In this document: one piece after another, positions 46,605 to 55,627 of the stretch
How the letters are laid out: each line of letters starts with the position of its first letter
How positions within the stretch are numbered: the stretch's first letter is position 1
Virus record (IMG/VR): IMGVR_UViG_3300023235_001725
Length of the DNA: 64,000 bases
Strand: one strand, 5' to 3'
Source of the DNA: a virus
Taxonomy: Duplodnaviria > Caudoviricetes
Program-made: the position numbers and the translations under genes
Notes under the pieces: generated by a model
Seen by the model: only the letters and a program-made list of their open reading frames with translations
Told to the model about the DNA's origin: nothing
Databases searched by the model: none

Positions 46605-47597
46605 TTAAAATTTGATTTTTTGTGGAACAAATCCTGACTCTTTGTCTACAGCTTTTAAAGTTGGCAACTCAGGCTTATCGTTTGATATAACAATCTCTTG
46701 GATATCATTCATAATGTTATCCTGAAACAGTTTTGGGATTCTCATCTCCGCTCCTATTCGGATGCTAGAGCGAGCTTCGAAGTCTATGGGGTTATAATCT
46801 GAAATCGTGCTTACTCTAAAATGATTCCAAGTCAACTTAACCTCATTCCCATCGTGCGTTAATTCTTTTAGAGCAATTGATTTCCCAGAGCTTTTATAAG
46901 ACTGTAGAACTCGAAAAGAAAACACTCTTTCTTCGGTGTCTTTAAATGTTACATACTGCCCTGAATTCAAGCTAAACATTGACACTATTAAGTTAGAAGA
47001 CCTATTGTCTACTTTCTTAACTCCAGATACTGGAATCCCAAATGTAGAGAGATTCATTTGACGATTGAGCATTTGAGCAACTCTTGACGCAGGGAATGAC
47101 TTTATGTTCTTGGCCTCATATGTCCCTTCAGTGAATGCTATTTCATCTTTCAATGAAAACATGCTAGGAGTTCCTAGAGTCCCTGAAACAGATGCTCCAG
47201 GACTGATTTTGTCAAATATAGAAGAATTATTAATCACTCCCTCAACAGTTCCTCCTTTGATTGTGTCGACAAAATTATCACAAACAAGATTTCCTTGCTC
47301 CCACACACCATTAAACATTTTAACTTTATATTCGGAAGAACCATGCTCAATAGGCGCAATAGTCATTCTATGTGCGGAGTATTTTCCGTTCTTTAGAAAA
47401 GCTAATGAACCGTTATCAAAGTCATGCGCTACAAAACCTTTTAAGTCCGCCCCATTTACAAAACGAACAGTTTTAGTTTGATTATCACCTATTGTTATAG
47501 AGTCTCCTTGAACAACCGCATTGGTATTGATTGGTTCAACTACTGGAGCTTCTGTATCGCTTAAAACCTTCTCTAATATACGTTGAATGAATCCCAT
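46605..47597 (-). CDS. hypothetical protein
   Basis: 330-aa ORF; both CGTATATTG and CTATTTATG motifs upstream. Confidence 0.75.
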   Translation of the reverse strand: MGFIQRILEKVLSDTEAPVVEPINTNAVVQGDSITIGDNQTKTVRFVNGADLKGFVAHDFDNGSLAFLKNGKYSAHRMTIAPIEHGSSEYKVKMFNGVWEQGNLVCDNFVDTIKGGTVEGVINNSSIFDKISPGASVSGTLGTPSMFSLKDEIAFTEGTYEAKNIKSFPASRVAQMLNRQMNLSTFGIPVSGVKKVDNRSSNLIVSMFSLNSGQYVTFKDTEERVFSFRVLQSYKSSGKSIALKELTHDGNEVKLTWNHFRVSTISDYNPIDFEARSSIRIGAEMRIPKLFQDNIMNDIQEIVISNDKPELPTLKAVDKESGFVPQKIKF

Positions 47598-47722
47598 AAT
47601 TTATGTTTGTCTTATTAACAATATACGGCAGAATCTGTATTTTGTTACAATACAAAGATTTTATAAGTTTATCATAAATAGTTTTGAATTGAAACCAACG
47701 AATTGTACGAATAAAACTAGCT

Positions 47723-48610
47723 CTAGCGATTGCTTTTGCTTGCAGCCTTTCTTTCTTGTGAATTTCTGTCATCAATTGCCTTTTTCAATCTATTCATCAG
47801 CCACATACGCTCAACTGTCGGCATTTTTACTGCCTCTGACCAAGAAACCCCGCCCTGGGAATGGTAGGAAATATTGAATATTTGCTCCATCATTCCTTGA
47901 CGATAACTGTTTGGTAATTTAAGGAAATTATGGTCTGTAGAAAATTTTTGTTTAAACTCGTGATGACAACTTTCACACTCATGGTCCACTTCTGTTTTTA
48001 CGCCTGGTGTGTTTTTCTCTAAAAAGTCTTTTAGAAACCTAGAATCCTTTATAGGCATGTTGGGAACCACTCCTTTTATTTCACGAGGGTCTTTGAGGCC
48101 TCCAATCTCCACTATAATTCGTCCGAGCTTATTAGTAAACCCTATTTTTCCTTCGCGCTCAGCCTCTACCTCTTCGACGTATGTTGGAACTCGAAGCTTT
48201 ACATTCTTTTTAGAAACGGGGAGCTCTAAATTGAAAATCTGACCTTTATCTGGAAATTGCTCAACCTCTTTCATTTTAAATTGAGAGATGTAAGCATTTG
48301 CCTCTTGTTCTTTTTTACATTTAGGGCAACGAATATTAAGGTCAAGCTTATCTCCAAAAGCTGTGGACCTTAAAAACATAGAAATGGCTTGCACATCTCC
48401 AGGGACAAGTTTGTTTATATCAAAATCATCTATTATTACCGCTTCAAGAACTTTTCTAAGACCATCTCCATTTTCCATGATGGTTTGGTCTGTAAGAATG
48501 TACTCTTCTTCATACGAAAGGTATCTGACGTAAAAGAATGATTTATTTTCTGGGTAATATAATCCTTGCGATGGAACATTCACCATAGAGTATGGTCGAT
48601 AATTTTCCAT
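47723..48610 (-). CDS. T4 gp26-like baseplate hub assembly chaperone with gp51-like C-terminal extension
   Basis: VPSQGLYYP, GDVQAISMFLRSTAFG, CPKC, CESC; EQIFNISYH...WSEAVKMPTVERMW. Confidence 0.75.
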   Translation of the reverse strand: MENYRPYSMVNVPSQGLYYPENKSFFYVRYLSYEEEYILTDQTIMENGDGLRKVLEAVIIDDFDINKLVPGDVQAISMFLRSTAFGDKLDLNIRCPKCKKEQEANAYISQFKMKEVEQFPDKGQIFNLELPVSKKNVKLRVPTYVEEVEAEREGKIGFTNKLGRIIVEIGGLKDPREIKGVVPNMPIKDSRFLKDFLEKNTPGVKTEVDHECESCHHEFKQKFSTDHNFLKLPNSYRQGMMEQIFNISYHSQGGVSWSEAVKMPTVERMWLMNRLKKAIDDRNSQERKAASKSNR

Positions 48611-48612
48611 CG

Positions 48613-49668
48613 TTAGAATTCTGCGTCTGGATAAAATAGTTTAAGAGTAATTGGGATTGGCTTGGTTTCTACTGTTCCACAACTTGGGCATTCGAAATCA
48701 TAATCCATATTTAGTCCTGGCTCAATTTTCTTGAGTTCATCTCGGAAATACTTAGAGTCTTGCATTGGCATAGCCTCCACATAGCTTTTGATATACACCT
48801 TGTCGCGCTTCCCATTTACTTCCATGATGTGAAGAAGATATTTGTGGGTAAGTGATTTTGAAATCTTAAATCTACCTTTTTTAAAATCCTGCTGTGCATA
48901 CTTGTTGATTATGGATTCATCTGCTCCTGTCAACAGTCTAAACTTGATTGGGACTTTAAGTTGCTTCATTTGAAGTGAAAACTCTCCCATATCATCTGGC
49001 TTATGTTTTACTTCGTTTGCTTTTAACTTTGATAAATCCACTATTGGAGCATGTGCCTTGCCGCAGCTGCCACATGCTCTTGGGCCTGGCTCATAATCGT
49101 CGCCAAGTCCAGTTCTTCTAAGTTGAATCAAAACATAATTGCGGTCGCCCGTTAGCATGTCTATTGGTCTGATGTCTTTATCTATGACAGATGCATCGAG
49201 GAGCGCATCTAATTGTTCGTTAGCTCGAATCAAACCTATATCATAAAGGATGTCATCTTCTGTTGCTGTAAGATGCTTTATTGTGACGGTAGATTTTCCT
49301 CCTTTGTAAAAGTATCCACGAGACGGGAGGTCAATTTCTTCGGTTGGTGCCTGGAAGAAATCCCCAACGTCTTCTGCTCGAATGTTGTTTCTAGTTGCGA
49401 CCTGTGCTTTTTCCGCCTCTTCCTCTTGTTTCTTATCTGCTGACTCCGCTTTTGAAATCATTAGATACTTTTCAGCTTGGTCTTTAGGGATTCCCATTTT
49501 GGTTAACAAAGTAGGAATGTCTTTGTCTTCTGTTCCTTGGTCTTTTAAAGCTTGAATTATAGCTCTAACCTCTCCTGGGTCAACATTTCTTTCAGAGAGA
49601 TTTTCAAATGTATCATCGGTCTTGACAGGGTTGTCTTTTCTTTTGCCAATTTCTATTTTCTCACTCAT
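48613..49668 (-). CDS. T4 gp26-like baseplate hub assembly chaperone (paralog)
   Basis: LPSRGYFY, GDRNYVLIQLRRTGLGDDY, CGSC, CPSC. Confidence 0.78.
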   Translation of the reverse strand: MSEKIEIGKRKDNPVKTDDTFENLSERNVDPGEVRAIIQALKDQGTEDKDIPTLLTKMGIPKDQAEKYLMISKAESADKKQEEEAEKAQVATRNNIRAEDVGDFFQAPTEEIDLPSRGYFYKGGKSTVTIKHLTATEDDILYDIGLIRANEQLDALLDASVIDKDIRPIDMLTGDRNYVLIQLRRTGLGDDYEPGPRACGSCGKAHAPIVDLSKLKANEVKHKPDDMGEFSLQMKQLKVPIKFRLLTGADESIINKYAQQDFKKGRFKISKSLTHKYLLHIMEVNGKRDKVYIKSYVEAMPMQDSKYFRDELKKIEPGLNMDYDFECPSCGTVETKPIPITLKLFYPDAEF

Positions 49669-49730
49669 TAATTGAATATTTATGTTCAGCTATAAATATG
49701 GAGTTCTAAAAAAAATAAAATAAAGGTTTT

Positions 49731-50153
49731 TTAAGTATTGGTTATACTTGAATCCAAATCTACTTGAGAAGATGTTTGTGACATCTGGTTGACCCTGTCT
49801 TTATAGTCTTTATTTTGCTGATTCATCTTCCCCATTGTGGCAAGAACTCTGCCAAGTTCTTCTTCCTGGTCATCAGTTGACTCAATTTCGTCTTCAATGC
49901 CATCCATTTTTGTTTTATCAGTTTTTTTCATCATTGTGTTGATTGACTTATCTGGATGCACTTGAATACCCTGCTGCTTCTTTAAGCTGTTGAGACTTTT
50001 TTCTTGGTCTTTTTTTCGCTGCTGAGCCACAGCAATTAAATCCTCAATTGATTCTGGAGAATATTCTAGCTCCTCGCCATTATCTGCCCCAATATTAGAA
50101 TACTCCAATAAGTATTTGCGAATTTCGCTTCGTATGTATGACTCGTTGTTCAT
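49731..50153 (-). CDS. hypothetical protein, putative late gene
   Basis: YIRSEIRKYLLEY N-terminal helix. Confidence 0.7.
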   Translation of the reverse strand: MNNESYIRSEIRKYLLEYSNIGADNGEELEYSPESIEDLIAVAQQRKKDQEKSLNSLKKQQGIQVHPDKSINTMMKKTDKTKMDGIEDEIESTDDQEEELGRVLATMGKMNQQNKDYKDRVNQMSQTSSQVDLDSSITNT

Positions 50154-50611
50154 TATTGTTCTTTATTGTATTGTTCAAAATGCTCACACACAGAACTGTA
50201 ATTTTCATTGATGTCTTTTTCCCATACTCTTTCCAGAACGTAACCCAACCCCCGTGCAAGGCTGTCTTTATAGAGGTCGTTCTTTTTGTTCTTAATTTGC
50301 ATATGATTTAGCTCCCCCTCGGTATAGACTTTTGGATTTCCATGGTAGTAATCTCCATCAATCTCCACTAAAACATTATAGTCTGGTAGGTAAAAATCAT
50401 AAATCACATCGTTAAGAATTCTTTGAGGTTCGCAATTCACACCCATCTTCTTCATCATCTTTTCAAATTTCTTTTCTGGGGCGGTCATCTTTTTGGTCAT
50501 TGCCGCAGCTTGCCCTTCCATATATTTTTTCTTGTTTATCTCATGCTGGTCTTTATACAAGTCTTTATACATCTGCTTCTTTAACCACGCGGCTTTCTTC
50601 TGCATGCTCAT
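50153..50611 (-). CDS. Vsr/DUF559-like endonuclease, minimal stand-alone form
   Basis: YDFYLPDYNVLVEIDGDYYHGNP...LERVWE. Confidence 0.8.
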   Translation of the reverse strand: MSMQKKAAWLKKQMYKDLYKDQHEINKKKYMEGQAAAMTKKMTAPEKKFEKMMKKMGVNCEPQRILNDVIYDFYLPDYNVLVEIDGDYYHGNPKVYTEGELNHMQIKNKKNDLYKDSLARGLGYVLERVWEKDINENYSSVCEHFEQYNKEQ

Positions 50612-50619
50612 CGTTCTGT

Positions 50620-50669
50620 GTTTATCATAAATAGGGCAAAATGGTTTCGTTTGCCTATTTATGATAAAC
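50620..50669. promoter_or_regulatory. inverted repeat carrying two divergent copies of CTATTTATGATAAAC
   Basis: GTTTATCATAAATAG-GGCAAA...TTTGC-CTATTTATGATAAAC between divergent genes; same 15-mer at 47667-47681. Confidence 0.75.
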
Positions 50670-50697
50670 CTTTAAATTAAAAAATAGTTTGCCGTTT

Positions 50698-51924
50698 ATG
50701 GAGAGCAATATTAACATAGAACTTCTTAAATCACTCACGGAAAAACTTAATCGACGCGACAAAGATATTCTTGATTCAGAAAAAATGTTTAGAGGTTTTT
50801 TTGAAAACTCTTCAGCTGGAATGTGTATAGCAAATGTTGAAGATGAAATGTTTATTAAAGTTAATTCTGTTTTTTGCAAGTGGTTAGGATACTCTGAAGA
50901 GGAATTGCTATCATCTCCTATATTGTCTTTTATTTCTCCGAACAGTGTTGATAAAACTAAAGCTGTTTTGACTAAGCTAAAAAAAGGTATTGAGAGTGTT
51001 ATTGAAGGATTTGTGAATGAATATCTCCATAAGGATGGTCATAGCGTTTGGTTAAAATGGAATTCTTCAATTCCTGATAATAATGGGATTAATTACAGCG
51101 TTTGTGCGAACATAACAACAGAAATTCAACAAGCTATAAAAATTAGTAAACAAGATAAAATTTACAAAGTTTTAACTGAAAGTAGTCACGAAGCTATTTG
51201 CTTGCATGACACCAAAGGAAATTATATATACGTTTCTCCTTCTTACGAAAAGCTTTTTGGATACAGTCAAAGTGACATGGTTGAAAAAAATGCTTATGAT
51301 TTTGTGTTGCCTGAAGATGTTGAAAGAATAAAAAAAGAATCACACAAACCTTTGATGAAAAATAAAGATTTTCAAATTGCAAGGTTTCGACTTCGACATA
51401 AAAAAGGGTATTATGTGTGGGTAGAGTCTTGTTCGAAGCCGATACTTGAAAATGGAGAAATTACTGAAATAAGGACTAGCACTAAGGTGATTACAGAAGT
51501 TATAAAATCTGAAAAAGAAGCTTTTATAAACAGGGAAATATATGAGAAAATTCTTCATAACACTCGTGAACTTGTGAAAGTGTATAAAATAAACGATGGC
51601 CCTCCGTCTTTGGTTTACATATCTCCCTCTTGTTTAGAATATACTGGATATGCTCCTGAAGAGCATGTAAAACAAAGTTTATCAGAATTGATTCATCCAG
51701 AAGATGAAGAAAAAACAATGAAAAAAATGTTAAGTGTTTTGAATACAAAAAAAACACTTATTGTAAAGTACAGAGGGAAGCATAAAACAAAAGGTTATAA
51801 GCTAGCAAGCAGCATAGTAAGTCCAATATTGAATGAAGAGGGAGAAGTGAGCTATATTGTTTTGTCTAGCAAGGTAATCCAAGAGTTAAATAACGATAAA
51901 CATAACAGTGAAGATGTCGGATAA
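50698..51924 (+). CDS. triple-PAS-domain protein with no output domain
   Basis: Three PAS-like repeats (VNSVFCKWLGYSEEEL; VSPSYEKLFGYS...VLPED; ISPSCLEYTGYAPEE...IHPED) with PAC motifs HKDG..VW and HKKG..VW. Confidence 0.88.
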   Translation: MESNINIELLKSLTEKLNRRDKDILDSEKMFRGFFENSSAGMCIANVEDEMFIKVNSVFCKWLGYSEEELLSSPILSFISPNSVDKTKAVLTKLKKGIESVIEGFVNEYLHKDGHSVWLKWNSSIPDNNGINYSVCANITTEIQQAIKISKQDKIYKVLTESSHEAICLHDTKGNYIYVSPSYEKLFGYSQSDMVEKNAYDFVLPEDVERIKKESHKPLMKNKDFQIARFRLRHKKGYYVWVESCSKPILENGEITEIRTSTKVITEVIKSEKEAFINREIYEKILHNTRELVKVYKINDGPPSLVYISPSCLEYTGYAPEEHVKQSLSELIHPEDEEKTMKKMLSVLNTKKTLIVKYRGKHKTKGYKLASSIVSPILNEEGEVSYIVLSSKVIQELNNDKHNSEDVG

Positions 51925-52345
51925 CCAAGAAAAAAATGGATGGAACGAATGGTCAAAGCACATCATTCGTGAATTAGAACGTTTAAATGAAAGCTCTGAA
52001 AAACTTCGTGAAGGCATTCAAGATAGTAATTTAGAGATAACAAAACTTAAAGGACTAGAGAAAGAAATTGTTGAGCTAAAATCAGGAGTAACGTCAATTA
52101 AAAATGAGATAGAAAAATCCTCTTACAAATTTCAAGCCCGTGTAGATGAAAGAATAAAGACTCTGATTAAAGAAATTAACGAAAATGTAGTTGAAGTTAA
52201 AAATTCAACAGACAGCCTCATTGAAAGAATTTCTAAACTTGAAGACTACAAAAGCTACATAGTAGGGATTGGAGTTGCTGTCGGTATAATAATAACCTTT
52301 ATTATATCAGTATTAGCGCTTTTTGACTGGGGTTCTATCACTTAA
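51914..52345 (+). CDS. coiled-coil protein with a C-terminal TM anchor
   Basis: WNEWSKHIIRELERL, heptads, IVGIGVAVGIIITFIISVLALF; overlaps the PAS gene stop. Confidence 0.75.
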   Translation: MSDNQEKNGWNEWSKHIIRELERLNESSEKLREGIQDSNLEITKLKGLEKEIVELKSGVTSIKNEIEKSSYKFQARVDERIKTLIKEINENVVEVKNSTDSLIERISKLEDYKSYIVGIGVAVGIIITFIISVLALFDWGSIT

Positions 52346-52395
52346 TATTTGTCGTCTTTGACTAAAACCACAGTGTGTTGAATAGCGTATGATTC

Positions 52396-53118
52396 TTAGC
52401 AACCAGGGCCGCTCTTTGCTTTGAGTGGAAATGAGAGGAATGCTAAAAAGTTTGGCTCAACGGTAATGAATAAGTTTTTCCACCAGTATCCGTATCCGAA
52501 TTTCTCTTTCATTATTTCTCCCACAACTTTCCTAGCTTTTTTAGGTACTATTACAGTCTTTACAGAAGTGCCCTCAATTATGTGTGCAGCTCTTTTTCGG
52601 CCTTTTATTCTTTCAATGTAATTCATCTTCTCCCACCATTGTATTAGCGTTTGAGATTGGGTTCTGCTAATTTCTAATTCATTGGAAATAAGCGTTACAG
52701 ACATGCTCACAAATTCTCCCTTAATTTCAGTACGATTTTCTTTATTCACTTCATTGAAGCGGTTGCTAATCTCGTTCTTAAGGCTAGAGTGGACGTGATG
52801 TATCTGTCTTGCTTTGTACTCAACTAATTTTAGAAGCAGCAGCTTCTTCATTTCAGACACAGTGGTGATATTTCTACCTTGTGTATCTATCGTGCATCGA
52901 TGTTTAACTATGAGCCCGTTAATTGGCTTTTCTACTTTGTTATGAGAGACCATTTGGAGGTTGCCGTGGTGAAATTTAGCAAGACCCCATTTAATCATCG
53001 TTGGAACACATCTCCTAAGGATTGAAACGGATATACCAAGCTTTTCCGAAGCAGACCTCCAGGAAAAATTATAAATTACAGGGGATTTTTTGAATCGCCC
53101 TCGAATTAGGTAATACAA
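52396..53118 (-). CDS. basic, putative HTH DNA-binding protein (start uncertain)
   Basis: WRSASEKLGISVSILRRCV and SVTLISNELEISRTQSQTLI are HTH-like. Confidence 0.55.
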   Translation of the reverse strand: MYYLIRGRFKKSPVIYNFSWRSASEKLGISVSILRRCVPTMIKWGLAKFHHGNLQMVSHNKVEKPINGLIVKHRCTIDTQGRNITTVSEMKKLLLLKLVEYKARQIHHVHSSLKNEISNRFNEVNKENRTEIKGEFVSMSVTLISNELEISRTQSQTLIQWWEKMNYIERIKGRKRAAHIIEGTSVKTVIVPKKARKVVGEIMKEKFGYGYWWKNLFITVEPNFLAFLSFPLKAKSGPGC

Positions 53119-53197
53119 AGCCAGAGCGTCTAAAGCATTCCTGTAATGGAAATGACCTATAACGCCTTCATTTGTCTTGATATAATATCTCGTTTTC

Positions 53198-53560
53198 CTA
53201 ATTGTCGTAAAATTGAGAGTTGTCCTCTTGTTGTTTTATATGTGGGCACACGACGATGGTCTGTTGTAAAACATTTAACACCCTCATCATAGCTCCTAAA
53301 TCGTACATCTTATATTCTCGACAAAGCTTATGAAAATCATTTTCACAAACGTATCTAAATGTTGGTTGTCCGTCGATTTCAAGTCGAAGAGGAAAATAAT
53401 CCCATCCGTCTTGCATCATGCTGTTTTTGTACAATAACGTGCCATTGGCTCGCATTCGCCGAGTTGTCCCTATTGATGCGATTATACCGCCTGATTCTTT
53501 TGATTCCTCCAAGTTATTCAAGAGGTGTTTGTCAAACCAATAATGTTTCTTCATATGCAT
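53198..53560 (-). CDS. hypothetical protein
   Basis: ORF track. Confidence 0.6.
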   Translation of the reverse strand: MHMKKHYWFDKHLLNNLEESKESGGIIASIGTTRRMRANGTLLYKNSMMQDGWDYFPLRLEIDGQPTFRYVCENDFHKLCREYKMYDLGAMMRVLNVLQQTIVVCPHIKQQEDNSQFYDN

Positions 53561-54623
53561 GCATTACTGTTGTTAATTTAACTCTTCCGTTAAAGTTTAA
53601 AAATCCTTTTTCGTTTCGTTTGAATTTGCCTACGTATACAGCTTGTTTCTGTAGCTGAGGAAGAAGTTTTTCACTAATTGGAGAAAATATATTGAACTTT
53701 ACAGTGTCAATACCATCGCTTCCATGTATAGAGATAAAGTCTTTTCCTTTTTTAGTTTTCTTAAATAAGATATCATTGATAATAAACCAGTAAAAACCTT
53801 CTTCAGCATAATGTGGTAGTGGAAGAATAGCTTCTTTCGACTTGTCACTCATTTCCCCCATTCGGGTGTGAATAATTGAAACTCGATTAATTTCTTCCAT
53901 ATCAAAACCACATACTCCCATAAATTCATCTTGCTTTTCAATATCGGAAGTTGCTGCGTATTTTAAATGGTCTATTCTATGAGTGTACTCGATATCATCC
54001 ATGTCGAACATTGCAAACTGCGAAGCGTCTTTAGGTTTTTTCTTCCTGTTTTTATCTCTTAGAAACATTAAATATTCTCTAGAAGTGCTCCAGTCATCAA
54101 ACATTCCCGCTTGTAAACAAGAACGAAAAGAAGTCTTGTTGAATTTAGTGAAGGGTATATCAAAAAAAGCAGCCATAGATATTTCGCTAAATTTCTTCCC
54201 TTTTATTGCTAAATTATCTTTCAACTCTTTATAAGCAATATCTCCCATCCCAGTCATGCTAGAGAAACCCATTGTGATTTCGTTGGGGCCAGTCATCGAC
54301 CATCTCCATATTGAGAATCTAGTCGGAGGTTTTATAGTGATTCCTCTAGATATTGCAGCGGTGATTGTCTGAGTCAGCCATTGTTTTTCTTTCTCCTTTC
54401 CAGCGTTTGAAGACTTTTGCTCGTTCAATAGCGCTGTATAAAAGTATACTGGGTAGTAATGCTTTAAGTATAAAGTTTGCATAGCGATGTATGCGTATGA
54501 AACCGAGTGACTATTTGAAACACAGATATCATTTGCATAGAAGTTGTGATGTTCATTATCGATTTCTAAATCGTAAGTATCTACCACTCCTATTTCTTCA
54601 ACTTCTATAATAGATTCAAACAT
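53532..54623 (-). CDS. dnaE: DNA polymerase III alpha, C-terminal fragment preceded by a 37-aa IntC-2
   Basis: MFESII...TYDLEID..HNFYANDICVSN then SHSVSYAYIAMQTLYLKHYYP; HhH-like GFSSMTGMG; OB-like C-terminus. Confidence 0.92.
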   Translation of the reverse strand: MFESIIEVEEIGVVDTYDLEIDNEHHNFYANDICVSNSHSVSYAYIAMQTLYLKHYYPVYFYTALLNEQKSSNAGKEKEKQWLTQTITAAISRGITIKPPTRFSIWRWSMTGPNEITMGFSSMTGMGDIAYKELKDNLAIKGKKFSEISMAAFFDIPFTKFNKTSFRSCLQAGMFDDWSTSREYLMFLRDKNRKKKPKDASQFAMFDMDDIEYTHRIDHLKYAATSDIEKQDEFMGVCGFDMEEINRVSIIHTRMGEMSDKSKEAILPLPHYAEEGFYWFIINDILFKKTKKGKDFISIHGSDGIDTVKFNIFSPISEKLLPQLQKQAVYVGKFKRNEKGFLNFNGRVKLTTVMHAYEETLLV

Positions 54624-55594
54624 TTTATTTTGTTTTTTATAATTGACTCGTTATTAATTATATCATTCTCCCACAATTCTATAAGCTGAAAACTCCCGTC
54701 ACTTTCAACTGCATGCCTTTTTTTTATATCTCTTTTCTTGTTCTTTATTTGAACATCATGAGTACACCCGCTATGTCTTGTATTTTGATTACTATGAAAA
54801 AAATCTCCCTGTACTTCTATTAAAATGCTTCCTATTCTAAAGTCAAAAGAATAACCATAACAAGAAAACTCTTCTTCCCATGTACCTTTGAATTCTTTAG
54901 CGTGATTTGATTCAGAATAAGTATCTTTTCCAAATCGTTCACTTAGCATTCTCTTTACCTCAAGATGAGGTTTTGATTGACCATGAGAATAGACACCACT
55001 TTTGTATCTAGCTATCGTTATATCTCTAAGGCGCTGTTTAGTTTCTTCTGAATGTTTAAATCCAGTATGACCATGTATTTCTCTTTTTTTAGCACTCTCT
55101 GACATGCGCTCAAGTGTTTCATTGCTGAATTCAACGCCTTTTCTGCGCTCAGAAAGCTTTTTCATGACTTCATTATTATCTTTAGTTTTTCCTTTGTTCC
55201 AAGCTTTTATACCGTACATAGGGTTTCCTTTTCCTTTGCGTTCTTCCTTCATTCTTTCGACGTGAAGTTTATATTCTTTATTATTTTCCGCCACGTACTT
55301 AGCAGTTTCTGTTGTAGTACAATTATTCGAAAATTTACCGAAAACAATAGAGCCTTGAAGTTTGTAACTAGGCTTATCTCCTGTAATCGGACACAAAGGA
55401 GTTGTAATGGATTCTGGAAGCAAATCTACCAAACTCTTCCCATAAACACTTTTGTGATAATAATTTGATATCTCAGAATTGTAGTAGTTGTTGTTTTGTC
55501 TAATTAAAACTAATGACAACTTTGCCCTCCATTTTTTCATATCAATATCTTCGCCATTCACTATATCCTTTTTGAAATCGATTTTTACTTTCAT
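54605..55594 (-). mobile_element. NUMOD3-repeat, Vsr-like homing endonuclease inside dnaE split site 2
   Basis: KGNPMYG..AWNKG, HSEETKQRLR repeats; FDFRIGSILIEVQGDFFHSN...IELWEND. Confidence 0.85.
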
Positions 55595-55627
55595 AATATA
55601 TAGTATATAGACTGAGATTTGTTAAAA

